The notes beneath the pieces are model-generated. The model saw nothing but the letters and a program-made list of their open reading frames with translations. It did no database searches and was not told the DNA's origin. This document shows, one piece after another, positions 11,152 to 23,132 of a stretch of 64,000 nucleotides of DNA (the first letter of the stretch is position 1; each line of letters starts with the position of its first letter). The stretch is from assembly GCA_010093605.1 (NCBI GenBank), contig MU004202.1:383560-447559 (forward strand), read 5' to 3'. This DNA comes from Lophium mytilinum (Eukaryota). The position numbers were made by a program, and so were the translations under genes.

Positions 11152-11600
11152 CAGTACTAGGTCATTAGTGTAGGCACACAGATTTGTCACTGCTTCGGTC
11201 GAATCTTGCTTACTCGACTTCACTGTTAGGAGTAGCTTGGCTACTTATTAGCCAGTCAGCCAAGCGGCAGTCTACAGTACTAGGCCTTAAGTCTGGGCAT
11301 ATCAACTCATTACAGGTTGGATCCAGTTTGCTCACTCGATACCACTGTCCGGGGTAGCCTGACTACTAAGTAGCCAATTAGTCAAGAAGCAGTCTAATTT
11401 ATACTGCTTGAACCTCGACATCACTCTTAGATCTTCATAATCCTACTGGGGAACCCCAAGCAGTGGCGAACCAAGGTGCCCAGACTTGTGGCCTGTGACT
11501 GTAATTCGCATTGCTAGAGACATCACTTCGGCCTTGGGTTTTCGAAACTCTGTGGTGGTACCCCAAGTAAATGTCAGTATCCCTTAGCCCGCACTCTGCC
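11152..11600 (-). mobile_element. Older degenerate copy of the same MITE, interrupted by copy B
   Basis: 11152-11274 (cagtactaggtcattagtgtaggcacac...gcagtcta) matches the first half of the element. After copy B the sequence resumes with second-half-like sequence (gacatcac...cgaaactctgtggtggtaccccaag). Right end approximate. Confidence 0.65.
11275..11501 (-). mobile_element. 227-bp MITE copy B, inverted relative to copy A
   Basis: cagtactaggccttaagtctgggca ... gtgcccagacttgtggcctgtgactg, with TA at 11273-11274 and 11502-11503. Same length as copy A. Confidence 0.88.
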
Positions 11601-11994
11601 GCTTTCTCCACATTCAGATTCTGAGGCCACTCCGCAGCCTATATACTGATATTAACTCACTGAAACACTTCAGAAGAAGTAGGTATAGGTTAACTTACGT
11701 AATAGCAACGCTGGCATTTTAATGGAAATCGTTATTTTTAGACTCCGGTACGGAAATACTTCTGACCCTTGGTACCATGACGTTAGCGCGAATGTCAACC
11801 AAGGGATTCCTGAACGTCAACCATCAAGAGAGTAGCCGGTATTTACTACACCTAGGGGACACATATAGCGTTGCGCTCCATTCTCCATAAGGACTACGAT
11901 CTCCTTTCCTCTGTCGACACGCAGACAGTATCCATCACCTCCACCAGATCTGTTGTGCTACGGTCTCTTTTCACACAGCACACTTTTCAGCACC

Positions 11995-13221
11995 ATGTTT
12001 CTTCTAAAGCCACGTGTGCAGCCTAACCCAAGAGAAGGGCACGAGAAAACCTCCGACAACTCCCCGGCACCTCAAGCCGTACCTACTCAGTCCTCTCCCT
12101 TTCTCTCGTTACCCGTCGATGTGCTCTGGCTCTTCTTTGACGAACTACCTCTTTACAGCATCGCCGTTGTTGCTCAAACTTGCAGCACCATGCGTTGTCT
12201 TCTTCGTGCCAAGTGTGCAGTCGCATTACCCAAAGTCAAACGTTGCTCACTCGAGAAACGTCTGGATTTTCTCGTCGGACTCGCAAAATCCTTACCGGAC
12301 TACCTACTGTGCTCAAACTGTATGGTTCTGCACATTATAGATCCTTTAGATGGTCCGCGCAGCCCTCGTGGGCCACATCCACATCGCAACCTTTACTATG
12401 CCTGCAAGAAAGAAGTGACACCGTGGCATCGCGATTTCCATCCTTTCGGAATCGGTTACCACTTGGGATACCATCACGTACAGCTAGCCTTGAAATATGC
12501 GCGTCTTGGCAACGTTCATCAGAAGTATCTTGCAAGAATTCTGGCACCTTACCGCCGTGTCATGAGAGAAGGCTTGCGGCATTTCCCATCTTTCGCGAAA
12601 GTCTTAGCCCGTCCAAAGATCATCGACGGCCACTTTATTCATTGTTTGGAGTGGGAGTTCCGCTATGAACCCTCTTCTTCAGATCACCTCCACACTATCA
12701 TGACAGTCGTCGATGCGCTTCCAGAATATCCCTTTTGTCCACACCACAAGTTCAACGACATTCGGATTCGTACCCAACTGTTAGGAGCCAGGGTCTCGAC
12801 TTTACAGAAATTTAAATTCAGCTGTGCCCGTTGCCCCACGGACTGTCGCCTTGAGGTTTGTCTTCACTGGATATCGTTTAAGGTGTGGCAGGACCTTGGA
12901 TCCGAAGGCTCACCTCTGGATCCTCCCTGGCGAATTTACATCCAGGAAAACGGAAACTGGCCAGATATCACCGTGTACCACGCCCCTGGTAGCATTCGAG
13001 ATATGTATGAGAGGGATACTGCCATAAACTGCACAAAATCGATTAGCCGGACTTCGGGATGTTCCAACGGGCCGTCCCAGAATGTTGCTTTCCCTGCGAC
13101 ACGTGTTAGACAATCAAAAACCACACTCGCTGTAATGTTGGCACTAGCACAGCTAGTTGTCTTACTGATTATTCTACAGGGTACCAAACTCCTACTCAAC
13201 CTACTCTCTACGTCGGAGTAA
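11995..13221 (+). CDS. F-box-like protein with a Cys/His-rich C-terminal domain (paralog 1)
   Basis: F-box-like SPFLSLPVDVLWLFFDELPLYSIAVVAQTCSTMRCLL, then CxxCxxLH, HHVQLALK, FCPH, SCxxCPTD, VWQDLGS. Hydrophobic C-terminal tail. Confidence 0.75.
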   Translation: MFLLKPRVQPNPREGHEKTSDNSPAPQAVPTQSSPFLSLPVDVLWLFFDELPLYSIAVVAQTCSTMRCLLRAKCAVALPKVKRCSLEKRLDFLVGLAKSLPDYLLCSNCMVLHIIDPLDGPRSPRGPHPHRNLYYACKKEVTPWHRDFHPFGIGYHLGYHHVQLALKYARLGNVHQKYLARILAPYRRVMREGLRHFPSFAKVLARPKIIDGHFIHCLEWEFRYEPSSSDHLHTIMTVVDALPEYPFCPHHKFNDIRIRTQLLGARVSTLQKFKFSCARCPTDCRLEVCLHWISFKVWQDLGSEGSPLDPPWRIYIQENGNWPDITVYHAPGSIRDMYERDTAINCTKSISRTSGCSNGPSQNVAFPATRVRQSKTTLAVMLALAQLVVLLIILQGTKLLLNLLSTSE

Positions 13222-14054
13222 AAACGCACCTTTGTATGGCTCCTGCAGACCAACACTCAACCACGTCGGACTCTTTCAATATTTGACCAATCATTTTTAA
13301 AAAGATACCGAAGTGCAGCCTTGATTTGGCGCTTCATTGTTATTGAGAAAATTATATCTTCCAAGCTTGGATGGTGTGGTCACCTTGCGTTAAAGCTGCC
13401 ACGCACGGTTCCATAAACCAGGCACTTTTTTCTCATGTAGAGTGAACCTACTTTCTAGAGTGCTGGATGAACTCTAAGGATTCAAAAGTTCGCCTGCTAC
13501 GCACTAGGTACCGAGAATGGTTTGATACGCCGCCGCTAGTCCCAACTTTCTTCAGCGTGATCAAATATGCGCGCAAAGCCCTGCACCAGTTCTCGGTAGG
13601 CGAACTCGGATGTGGGTGCCGAACGTTAGCCCACCTGCCCCTTGTAGCGCCCGTGGTCAGCATTATGGTCGAGTAGGATTCAGCCTTGCCCCCGCATCGT
13701 AACACCCACATGTGAATTGACGTCACGACCACGCCGCCAAGTCCGGCTGCTGCCGGGACCCCGTTGTCAGGTGCTGGAGGCCTTGCAGCTCCTCCGCAAA
13801 TGTACGTTTGTTTCCCCAGGCAAGAAATGTGGAACCTCCTTGGAGATGGGCATCATCGCTTGCACAACTGCACATCGCTGCCAACACGGGGAAACCGTGC
13901 TTACGGCGACATGGAACACACGGTGGGGCCTGAACCTATCCCTCGTCTCCCCAGAAATAGCTCTCCGCTCTATTTATTGGAGCGCGACGTGCCCGCTTTT
14001 TGAGCGGCTATCGATGTATTGCACTTTCTCAAGAGTTTGATCCATTTCGTTACC

Positions 14055-16255
14055 ATGGCGTCCGAGGTCTCCGAGAAACAAGATCACGTCGAGAAGCAAG
14101 ATCACTCCGAACGGCTGTCCAGAGACGCGCCTGGACAGGACGAAGCAGTCCGGAAGGATGTCCTTGACCTGGATGTCAACGACAGGAGCAAGCTCAATGC
14201 GGTCTTCGAGAATCCGCTCGCCGATGTCCAGAAAGAGACCTTGTTGCAGAATGTGGAAGACTTCTGCAAAGAGCACGATCTCATGGAGCATTGCGATGTC
14301 ATGAAAAGGGGCGCGTTGGCAGCCCAGAATCCGTGGAACATTGACGAGATACCTGAACTCACTCAGGAAGACAGAGAGATCCTCGAGCACGAGAAGACAC
14401 ACAAGTGGGATCAGCCATGGATGCTGTACTGGCTCGTCTGTAAGTCCCTTGTCGAATCCTGCTGTCGCGGATGGCAGAGGTTAAGTTTTTGTAGCAATGG
14501 CTTCTCTCGCAGCTGCTGTCCAAGGCATGGATGAGACCGTCAACAATGGCGCGCAAGCGTTCTATCTCGAGGAACTTGGTGTCACCTCCGATCGCTTCTC
14601 GGCCGATATGCAGGACAACCTTACAGGTCTCATTGTCGGCGCTCCGTATCTCGCCTGTGCACTCCTGGGCTGTTGGCTCACCGAGCCTTTGAACAGGGTG
14701 TTTGCCCGACGGGGCACTATCTTCATCTCATGTTTCATCGCTGCGGTTGCGTCTATCTGGGAAGGAGTCGCCAACTCCTGGGTGAATTTATTCCTTGCAC
14801 GCTTTGTCCTTGGCCTAGGTATTGGTTCGAAATCGAGCAGTGAGTTCACGTACCATCAACCACTTTCAGCATGTAACTAACGATCTTTCTGCAGCTGTCC
14901 CTATCTATACTGCTGAATGTGCGCCTGCTGCGATCCGAGGTGCTCTTGTGATGCAATGGCAGGTTTGGACCGCTTTTGGGATCATGATGGGAAACATCAT
15001 GGGTGTCGCATTCGGTGGACTGCGACCGGACCTCGCATGGCGCCTCATCCTCGGTTCAACCGTTGTCCTCCCGATCATCGTCTGCATTCAGGTCTACGTA
15101 AGTGGGACCAACTGAAGACTACTAGGACGAAAGAGACGAACTAACGGTTTTGATTCATCATAGTTCTGCCCCGAGTCTCCTAGATGGCTGATACAGCACG
15201 GGAAGGTCAAAAAGGCCTACCAATCATTCCGACTAATCCGAAAGACGGAGCTTCAGGCATCGCGAGATCTTTACTACACCTTCATCGGAGTCGAAATCGA
15301 AAAGCGGATCAACAAAGGAAAGAACCTCTTCACCCAGTTCGCCGAACTCTTCACCATCCCTCGCAACAGGCGTGCGACGCTGGCCACTTGGATCGTCATG
15401 TTCGGCCAGCAGTTCTGCGGTAAGTCTGAGTCTAACATATCTAAAAGACCAACTACTGATCTTCACGAAAGGTGTGAATGTTATCGCGTACTATTCCACG
15501 ACCATCTTCCAGCAAAGCGGCTACGGCAGAAACCCAGCCTTGCTCGCCTCCATGGGCACGGGCATCTTGAACTGGGTGTTCGCGCTCCCAGCCTTCTTCA
15601 CAATCGATACCTTCGGACGCCGCAAGCTCTTGCTAGTCACATTCCCGTTCCTGGCAATCACACTCCTGTGGACCGGCATGAGCTTCTTCATCGATCCTCC
15701 ACCTGCCGGATCCGAAGTCTCGAAGAGTAAAGCGCGGCTTGGTATGGTCACCACCGGCATGTACCTCTTCGAGGTCTTTTACTCTCCTGGCATGGGCCCA
15801 GTACCCTTCTCATACTCTGCCGAAGCATTCCCGATGCAAGTCCGAGATGTCGGCATGTCGTGGGCTACTGCCACGACTTGGTGCTTCAACTTCATCCTTT
15901 CTTTTACGTGGCCGCGGCTCGTACGAGCTTTCCAGCCCGAGGGTGCCTTCGGTTGGTATGCAGCATGGTGTGTGGTGCTCTGGTTCCTGGTTCTATTTTT
16001 CTTGCCCGAAACGAAGGTCAGTCTCCTGCTTAGCATCTTGCTCCCATTATCTTTCAAGAACACGAAACTAATTTATCGTAAAAGGCTCTCACCCTTGAGG
16101 AACTGGATCAAGTGTTCTCCGTGCCGACATGGAAGCATGCTAGCTATCAAGTCAAGAGCTCCGTATGGCATATCAAAAAGTATGTCTTCTTCCAGAAGAA
16201 CCAGGAACCACTGCCGCCATTCTACGTTGGGGCAGAGAAGCTCTCAACGGATTAG
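14055..16255 (+). CDS. MFS sugar porter family transporter (polyol/inositol-like)
   Basis: Multi-exon gene. Motifs QGMDETVNNGA, ARRGTIF, YTAECAPAAIRGALV, PESPRW, QQFCGVNVIAYY, IDTFGRRKLLL, PETKALTLEELD. Confidence 0.93.
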
Positions 16256-16805
16256 CAGGACTTTCACGCACTGATAGGTACTATTCCCGGTGTCTATGCT
16301 GCTCCTGCTTCCTATTTTGGAGAATTCGGATGGACGATATTTGCGTGTAGTCACGTCACCCTCGCCGTTATCATGAATATAACCGCACTCATTGATTCCA
16401 ATATAAGCTCAGATTCGATTCAAACTATCTTGTGACATGTTTCTACAGGTATCTAGGCGTGGTGTCAATTTCCAGGCAATATAGATTAGAGTGCTGTTTA
16501 ACTCACTCGCTTAGGACTAGCTAGGCCACTCCTGCCAGTGGTATAAAGCTAACAAGATTGAAGCCGAACAGTATTAATCCCGGATATCTACGTTTGTGAA
16601 CTCCCAGCCTTTCCGCAAGTAATCAGCCAACGTGCCAAACCATCTCCACTACCTCGTGCACGCAAGCGGCTCCAAATTGAGACAAAGAAGCCATGAGCAA
16701 TTCATCGGCCTTTAACCAAGCTACTCCCATTGTTCCAAAAGCGTATTCAAAGTCCCAAAAACTCAAAAAACCCACACATAAACCACTCATCGGAGCCATC
16801 GCGCA

Positions 16806-18278
16806 CTAAAACCCCTCCAAGCCCTTCCTACCCCCGTGCCCAAACCCAAACAACCGTCTCTCCGCCTCCTGAAAGCTCTTAAGATCAAACACCGCCGCAT
16901 CATCATAAACAAAACTCTCCCTAACACTCCCAGCCTTATGCGTCACGCTCCCTTTCCCAAAAGCGCACGCCTGCCAATGTTCCTCCGTCGGCGGCCCGTT
17001 CGAGCCCAGGTCCTGCCATACCTCAAACACGACCCGATCGGGGAGTAGCTCGACGCAGTAGTCCGTCGGGCAGTGCTCGCACGAGTGGTATGCCTTTTGC
17101 TGGCCGACGTTGCCGCCGTGCGATGTTCTGGCTAGGCCATCTTTGACGTGTTGGGCGTCGAATTTCAGATGCGGGCAGAAGTTTCTGGGGGGTAGGGTTG
17201 CCTCTAAGGAAGGGGGGACTACAGCGGTGTCGTAGTAGGTCTCCTTGACGCTGGTTCCCGTGGGGGAGGTATTACCAGACGGGGTGTCGTAAGCATGTAG
17301 GCTCACGCGGCGCCGACGGATTAGATACTGGGGTCTGATGTCCGCGATATCCTTTTCGAGGCCTTCGGGGCTCGTGTAGTAGAACTCCCATTTCATGGAG
17401 AGGAGGAAGTGGTTCTTTACGACTCGAGGTCGGGCGATGAAGCTGTTGATTTGTCCCGGCTTAGCGAAGGTAGGACGTTTAGCAGCGACCAACTTTTTCT
17501 GCGGCTTGTCGCCGGTGTAGGTTGCCAGTAGATTTGCCAGGTAAGCCGGGTTTGCGGTCTTGAGTCGAGAAAATTTGAGTGCGAGTTGCACGTGGTGGTG
17601 CGCGAGGCAGTATCCCTCTCCAGCACTCGCGTGACGATCGAAGTTGTAGATACCAAAGCGATGATGTGTGTCCTTCCACTTTTTTGAATCCAGGCAGTTC
17701 TCGTGTGATAGAATCTGGCAGGGGTAGTGACGGGTTAAGTACGGAGGACGTGGGGTATCTCTTGTATCCACGCTGTGCAGCATGTTGCAGAACGAGCAGG
17801 AGAAAACGTCCGCTCGGCTGTTTGCAAGGCCCGCGAGGAGCTCGAGGCGTTCCGCGTTGTGTGCTGGAACGGCATGGCGTTTGAATTTCCGCGCAGCCTT
17901 CTCGCAATCTGGTTGGAAGGTGTTTCGCAAGACCTGGGACGTCTGGGCGAGGGCGATGTTGTCCGCCAATGGAAGCTTGTCGGTTACGCACAGCAGGAGG
18001 TCCAGAGGGAGTTTTAGGAGAGGAAAGGCTGGTAGTTGTCCCTGCGCGGCGTTCTCGGTAGTTGAAGGTGCGGCTTCGGAAGAGTTTGGATCGGACGATA
18101 GTTCCGGAGGAGAAGCCTGCGATGAGGTATGATCAAGAAGCTGGCGATGACGAGTTGCTTGTTCCCGGGACTCCTGACGTTGAGCTGCAACCTGATCGGG
18201 GTCATATTGGGCCTCGCGACGTTGAGCTCGATTACCAGCACGACGAGCAAAGCGAACTTGACGGTAAGACGACTGCAT
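16806..18278 (-). CDS. F-box-like protein with a Cys/His-rich C-terminal domain (paralog 2)
   Basis: First ATG at 18278. FPLLKLPLDLLLCVTDKLPLADNIALAQTSQVLR. Shares CxxCxxLH, GYxLxxHHVQLALK, ARP, FCPH, SCEHCPTD and VWQDLGSxG with paralog 1. Confidence 0.75.
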   Translation of the reverse strand: MQSSYRQVRFARRAGNRAQRREAQYDPDQVAAQRQESREQATRHRQLLDHTSSQASPPELSSDPNSSEAAPSTTENAAQGQLPAFPLLKLPLDLLLCVTDKLPLADNIALAQTSQVLRNTFQPDCEKAARKFKRHAVPAHNAERLELLAGLANSRADVFSCSFCNMLHSVDTRDTPRPPYLTRHYPCQILSHENCLDSKKWKDTHHRFGIYNFDRHASAGEGYCLAHHHVQLALKFSRLKTANPAYLANLLATYTGDKPQKKLVAAKRPTFAKPGQINSFIARPRVVKNHFLLSMKWEFYYTSPEGLEKDIADIRPQYLIRRRRVSLHAYDTPSGNTSPTGTSVKETYYDTAVVPPSLEATLPPRNFCPHLKFDAQHVKDGLARTSHGGNVGQQKAYHSCEHCPTDYCVELLPDRVVFEVWQDLGSNGPPTEEHWQACAFGKGSVTHKAGSVRESFVYDDAAVFDLKSFQEAERRLFGFGHGGRKGLEGF

Positions 18279-18438
18279 GGCGATGTAGCGAAGTGCGCGG
18301 TATGGACGGTTAGTACGTCGCTTTGGAGGAAGGTGCGTGAGTAGTTGGGAAGCTGTGGAAGTTACGACTTGGAGACAGTGGTGGAGAGGTTGGAGAAGTG
18401 GAAGGACAGAAGCCAAAGGCTTTGCTTTTGTACTAGGA

Positions 18439-18486
18439 CGCTCTGATGTTACGGCGCTCTGATGTTACGGCGCTCTGATGTTGCGG
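18439..18486. repeat. 16-bp tandem repeat x3 (cgctctgatgttacgg)
   Basis: Two exact copies and one with a single mismatch, about 160 bp upstream of the F-box paralog 2 ATG. Confidence 0.9.
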
Positions 18487-20381
18487 GGCTCTGGCTCTGG
18501 GCTTTACTCGTTTTTGGTTCTGGTCTGCGTTCCACGGCTCATGATAAATTTCAACTCTGGGTCATTGGTAGAAGCCAAGAACGGGGGACTCACGCTGAAA
18601 GGAGAATCAATACTGTGCAATAAACCTTTGAAGAGGTCTACAGTGACATCCTCATCTTAAAGAGCTAACAACTGATGAACAGTTGTATGCGAAGAAAGCT
18701 GAAGACGTGCCGATACGGTAATGCGTGACGATCTTGAGCGAAATCTAACCAAACGCAAAGCTGTGGAGAAAACTGAGAGTATTCTAATAACTTGACTTAA
18801 CCACCATCTTTCTATAGAGCATCAGTTCCGCGGTCCCATTGGTTCGTGTAAGTGCCCTGAAGTTCAAGGGGAACTAGCGCTGGACGCTTGTTGTCTTATC
18901 TGGAAGGTCATAGGATGCTAATAGTTGGCATCTACACCTGGCACGTAGATGGGACTATACTACCTATCGTTCTTAAGTTCCTTTCTTCTTATATCTTGAT
19001 CATCCACTGTTGACAAGATCAGCATAAATCTTTGCAAGGAAAGAATCAGTCACGTGCCTACAACGCTAGGGCTCGTATCCTAATTCAACCTCAACCCATC
19101 ATTGCTCCATTCTCTCTCAGATCAACTCCATCTTTTCCATCACTACTAAGCCAAGGAGCTTCCACGTGGGCCTTTTGCAACGTAAGGTAGCAAGAGGGGC
19201 GCTTTTTCTGCTACCATTCGCACGCCTCCCAATTTCGAAGGCACGCTGCTGTTACCTGACAGGCCTTCAAAAAGTGACGGGCGATGCGCATCTTAGCACT
19301 TACGAGTAATCTAATCTATCATCTTTCAGAAGCCATCTTTAGAGTGTATTATTGACTGTTCAACCTTGAAGTACTTCGGCACGTTTGTACCGCGAGGAGA
19401 AGAAAGCTGAGAAATGACCGCGGCTGTGACGAGGCCACGCACGCCTAGACTCCGCAGCCGCTTCCCAATCCGCAGCAATCATGAAACAAGATTGCTATTG
19501 GCGACGAGAAATGTGCGCATACGAATGGCCATGGAGGATATCGACTTCCAATACTAATCGACGTGGACACAAAACCTTCTCCACACCGGAATAAAGATCC
19601 CGGCCTCCCCGCTTCCGCTGTTGCTCTTTTCTCCTCTTTGGCGCAAATTTCTGCTATTCAACGGTCTGAGGCCCGCAAGTACTGGAGTCATGGAACGAGG
19701 AAGCCCTGGAAAAACGTGTTGCGACGCTTAAACCAGTTTCGTACTTCGACTTTCTGCTTACGACGCCTATCAGCACGGGCTCTCTCGCTTGCCGGATCTT
19801 CGTTGGCCGAAACCGGTACATATGCCGTTCGAAACCAATCAGGAGACGCGCGTTATTAACATCTCCAGGGGCCTTGCAGCGACACCAGGAAAGGCTATCT
19901 TGGCGTGTTTTGGCAGCAGCTTGTTCTGTCCTCTTCGCCGTAGACTCCACCATTCACGGCACATCAGATTCAGCTCTTTCCGAGGGCGAGGCTAGGATCG
20001 GCAGTGCTCTGGAAGCTTGACCCTGCTCAAGCACATCTTTTCCCCACACTGGGCGCCAAAGCAGAGGCCGGGAACGGCCGAACAAACGTACCTTCCAAAC
20101 ATTAGACCAAATTGCATCTGTGTTACCATCCTGTCTTTTCAAGATGCCAAGAAGGCCAAGAAATATTCCTTGTGATTTTCATATACTGTATACTATCTGT
20201 TACGCGGCCTATCACAATACCATAGAGCAAGCCTGCTGAATGTACAGGATATGTCCGTTGGAAGTTATGCCGGAAGTCTGAGCATATAAAGCGCACTTTT
20301 AGGTTCTACAACCTTGATATTCTGTTAACTTCAGCGTTTTACTTCAACCAGAGAAGGTATTTTCGCTTCAATTCTTTCATC

Positions 20382-21644
20382 ATGGTTCTATTCAGCAAAT
20401 CACTCATTGCCTTTGCAGCGACAGTGTTCGCTAGTGGTATTCTTGCCCATCCAGGTCATGACCCTTCCGAAGAGATCGCTCAACAGGCAGCATACTTTGC
20501 CACTGGCGGAAAGCGCTCACTCGTCCATTGCTCTGAGCAGCTGAAAGCAAGAGGGCATGAAGAGCGTTTGATTGCTCGGCGTCGATTCATGCTCGAGAAG
20601 CTCCGCAAGAAGAAGCGATCTCTCGAGACCCGCGACTTCACATCCGTCTTGAATACGGATCACCACTCGACTCTCGACGTGTCCCCGGAAAGCCCTGAGA
20701 ATGTCATATTCGCGGGCAATAACTCCTGCATCCTTTCTCCTGACGTCACCGAAGGACCATACTGTAAGCGAATTCTTAAGAAGGCCTGGTATAGATTTCA
20801 GCTCACATCCTCCTAGACGTCTCCGGCGAACTCGTCCGCAAAAACGTTACTGAAGACGAAGTCGGTGTTCCCCTGACCTTCGACGTCCAAGTCATCAACA
20901 TCAACACCTGCGAGCCCATGCCGGGCGTCCTACTCGAAATATGGCATTGCAACAGCACTGTGTGTCTTCCCCGCCGCCCTAATCCCTCTCTCAACATACT
21001 AAACACTCCCTAGGGCGTCTACGGCGGCGTCGTAGCCAACGGCAACGGCAACATACTCGACCTCGCCAATATCAACAAAACCGCTTTCCGTGGCATCCAG
21101 CCCAGCGACGCCGACGGCGTTCTAAGCTTCGACACCATCGTCCCAGGCCACTACACTGGCCGGACACCGCATATCCACGGTTCGAATACCCCTACTCCCT
21201 CACTCCCAAGCACCCAACTAACTAACTCCTCCCCCAGTCCTCGCCCACCTCAACGCGACCCTACTCCCCAACGCCACCGTCTCCGGCGGCACAATCTCCC
21301 ACGTCGGCCAACTCTTCTTCGACCAGACCCTCTACGACGACGTCCGCACCGTCTCACCCTATAGCGAGAACACGCAGGCGCTCACCACCAACGCGGAAGA
21401 CAGCATCATGGGCGAAGAGGCCGCGACCTCGGATCCCGTACTCGAGTATGTGTATCTAGGGGACTCGGTGGACGAGGGGGTGTTTGGGTGGATCGCCTTC
21501 GGGGTTGATCCGAGCGTGAATAAGACGGTGAGTGCAGCGGCGAGCTATGGGATCGGTGGGGGTCATGCGAATAATAATACGGGGGGTGGAGGGCCTGGGG
21601 GGGCACCACCGAGTGCGGTTACGAGTGCGGCGACGACGTCTTAA
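20382..21644 (+). CDS. Secreted intradiol ring-cleavage dioxygenase-like protein
   Basis: Signal peptide followed by HPGHD and a propeptide with KR sites. TEGPYY across an intron, EIWHCN, FDTIVPGHYTGRTPHIH, HVGQLFFDQ. Three introns. Confidence 0.9.
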
Positions 21645-21918
21645 AAGGTGATGTGGGAGGAAAAAGAGAGATGAAGCTTGTAGGAAGGAAAGGAAAAGTG
21701 ATACTAGTGAAAGAGTTTTTTGGGTAGTTATAGTGAGGTGGAAAGGTTGTCATGGATGACATTTCGCGCAGTCGATTTTTATAACATTTGCACCTTTCAA
21801 TCCCTTTCCCACAGACAGAGTTCCGAGTAAAGGACTACATGCTACAAGATGGAAACAAGCGATCTGTGACGTTGACCGCCTGTACCTACATATGCCATGT
21901 TTCCCGAAAGGAAGTCCG

Positions 21919-22515
21919 CACGGTCAATTCCGTTGATACTTGTAACCAAAGCAGGCAAGATGTCCAGGAACTAACCACGATGGGGTGCTATACAACCTCA
22001 CGTCTACACCACATCTACGCCACACCTCACAAGAACTGTGCTCACGCGGTCAATTCCGTAAGTGTTTGCTACTAAAGTGACCAAAAAGTCTATGAAGTAA
22101 CCAGGGTCCGTGCTAAGGACTTGCTGTACCCTTATCTACGCCCATAAACTGAAAAATAGGATCGCACGGTCAATTCCGTCAATATTCGTAACTAAAGCGC
22201 GCAATACGTCCAGGAAGTAACCACGATTTGGTGCTATGCCACGTCTACCAAATTTACAAGGCCAGTCCGCGAGGACTTAACCTCCCTCACGCCGTCAATT
22301 CCGTAAAAACTTCCCCTTAAAAGCCTCAGCAGGTACCCTGAAAGCACCTTCACCCCGGCCCGCCTCCCGTCTATCAAAAACTGCTTCACACGGTCGATTC
22401 CGTGGTAAAGACTCGTACATAAACCACGCAAAAGGTGCCAAAAAGCAACTACAAGACGTGCCACGCCGCGTGAGACTACGAAATCACCATATCTTTTCTC
22501 GTGCGGTTGATTCCA
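21919..22515. repeat. Degenerate ~100-126 bp tandem array with a conserved palindromic core (A)CGG-TCAATT-CCG(T)
   Basis: Cores start at 21921, 22047, 22167, 22292, 22391 and 22504. Units 1 and 3 also share downstream sequence (gtccaggaa-taaccacgat-ggtgctat-cacgtctac). Confidence 0.8.
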
Positions 22516-23132
22516 CAACTCGTGCAAGACGGAATGGGTGGAGGGGGGGGGGGGGGCCCAGCAACTCCTGCTTCACCTGGCCGTATATGCCGTTCCCATA
22601 CATGTTACGATGCGTGACCGCTCTACCCATCTCATCTCCATCACAGCGAACTTTGCTTACAGCCTCTTCTACGCTCACCTACATCTTCTCTATCAAACCC
22701 AGCAATCGCGATAAAGTCACCTCATATCCCAAGCCCAGTGATCAAATCATACAGTATAATATCGTATCCATTCATTCCTACTATAACTACATTGCAACAA
22801 CTGCCTCCCCGCCACGCCAAAAACGCCCTACCCAACCCAACCACAACCCATTCATCCACCCGTATCATCCAGAATATACACAAATGCCACCCTCCGACAT
22901 ACACCCCCAAAATCGCATTGATAGAAACACGTCGCCACCTCTCCAGACATCAACAGGTTTAGACGAAAAGCTCAATCAAAAGAGAAATTTTGATACAGAA
23001 AGATCTTCAGAGTCTCAAAAAGGTGAGCAACAGGGGGTAATCCAGCCCCCGTGAACAAGAATCCGCCCATACGCCTCAAACCCCAAAAACCCCACCGCCT
23101 TACAAACACCATCTGTTCAACACACCACCCAA

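Noticed and set aside
19400..20150. Short ORFs that might be a gene remnant
   Set aside because: No recognisable domain or consistent splice model.
21919..22515. CRISPR-like array, or an rRNA fragment (ccgtcaattcc matches part of a universal SSU rRNA primer site)
   Set aside because: The host is eukaryotic, there are no cas genes, and the spacers are homologous to each other. The rRNA match is only 11 nt with no flanking similarity.
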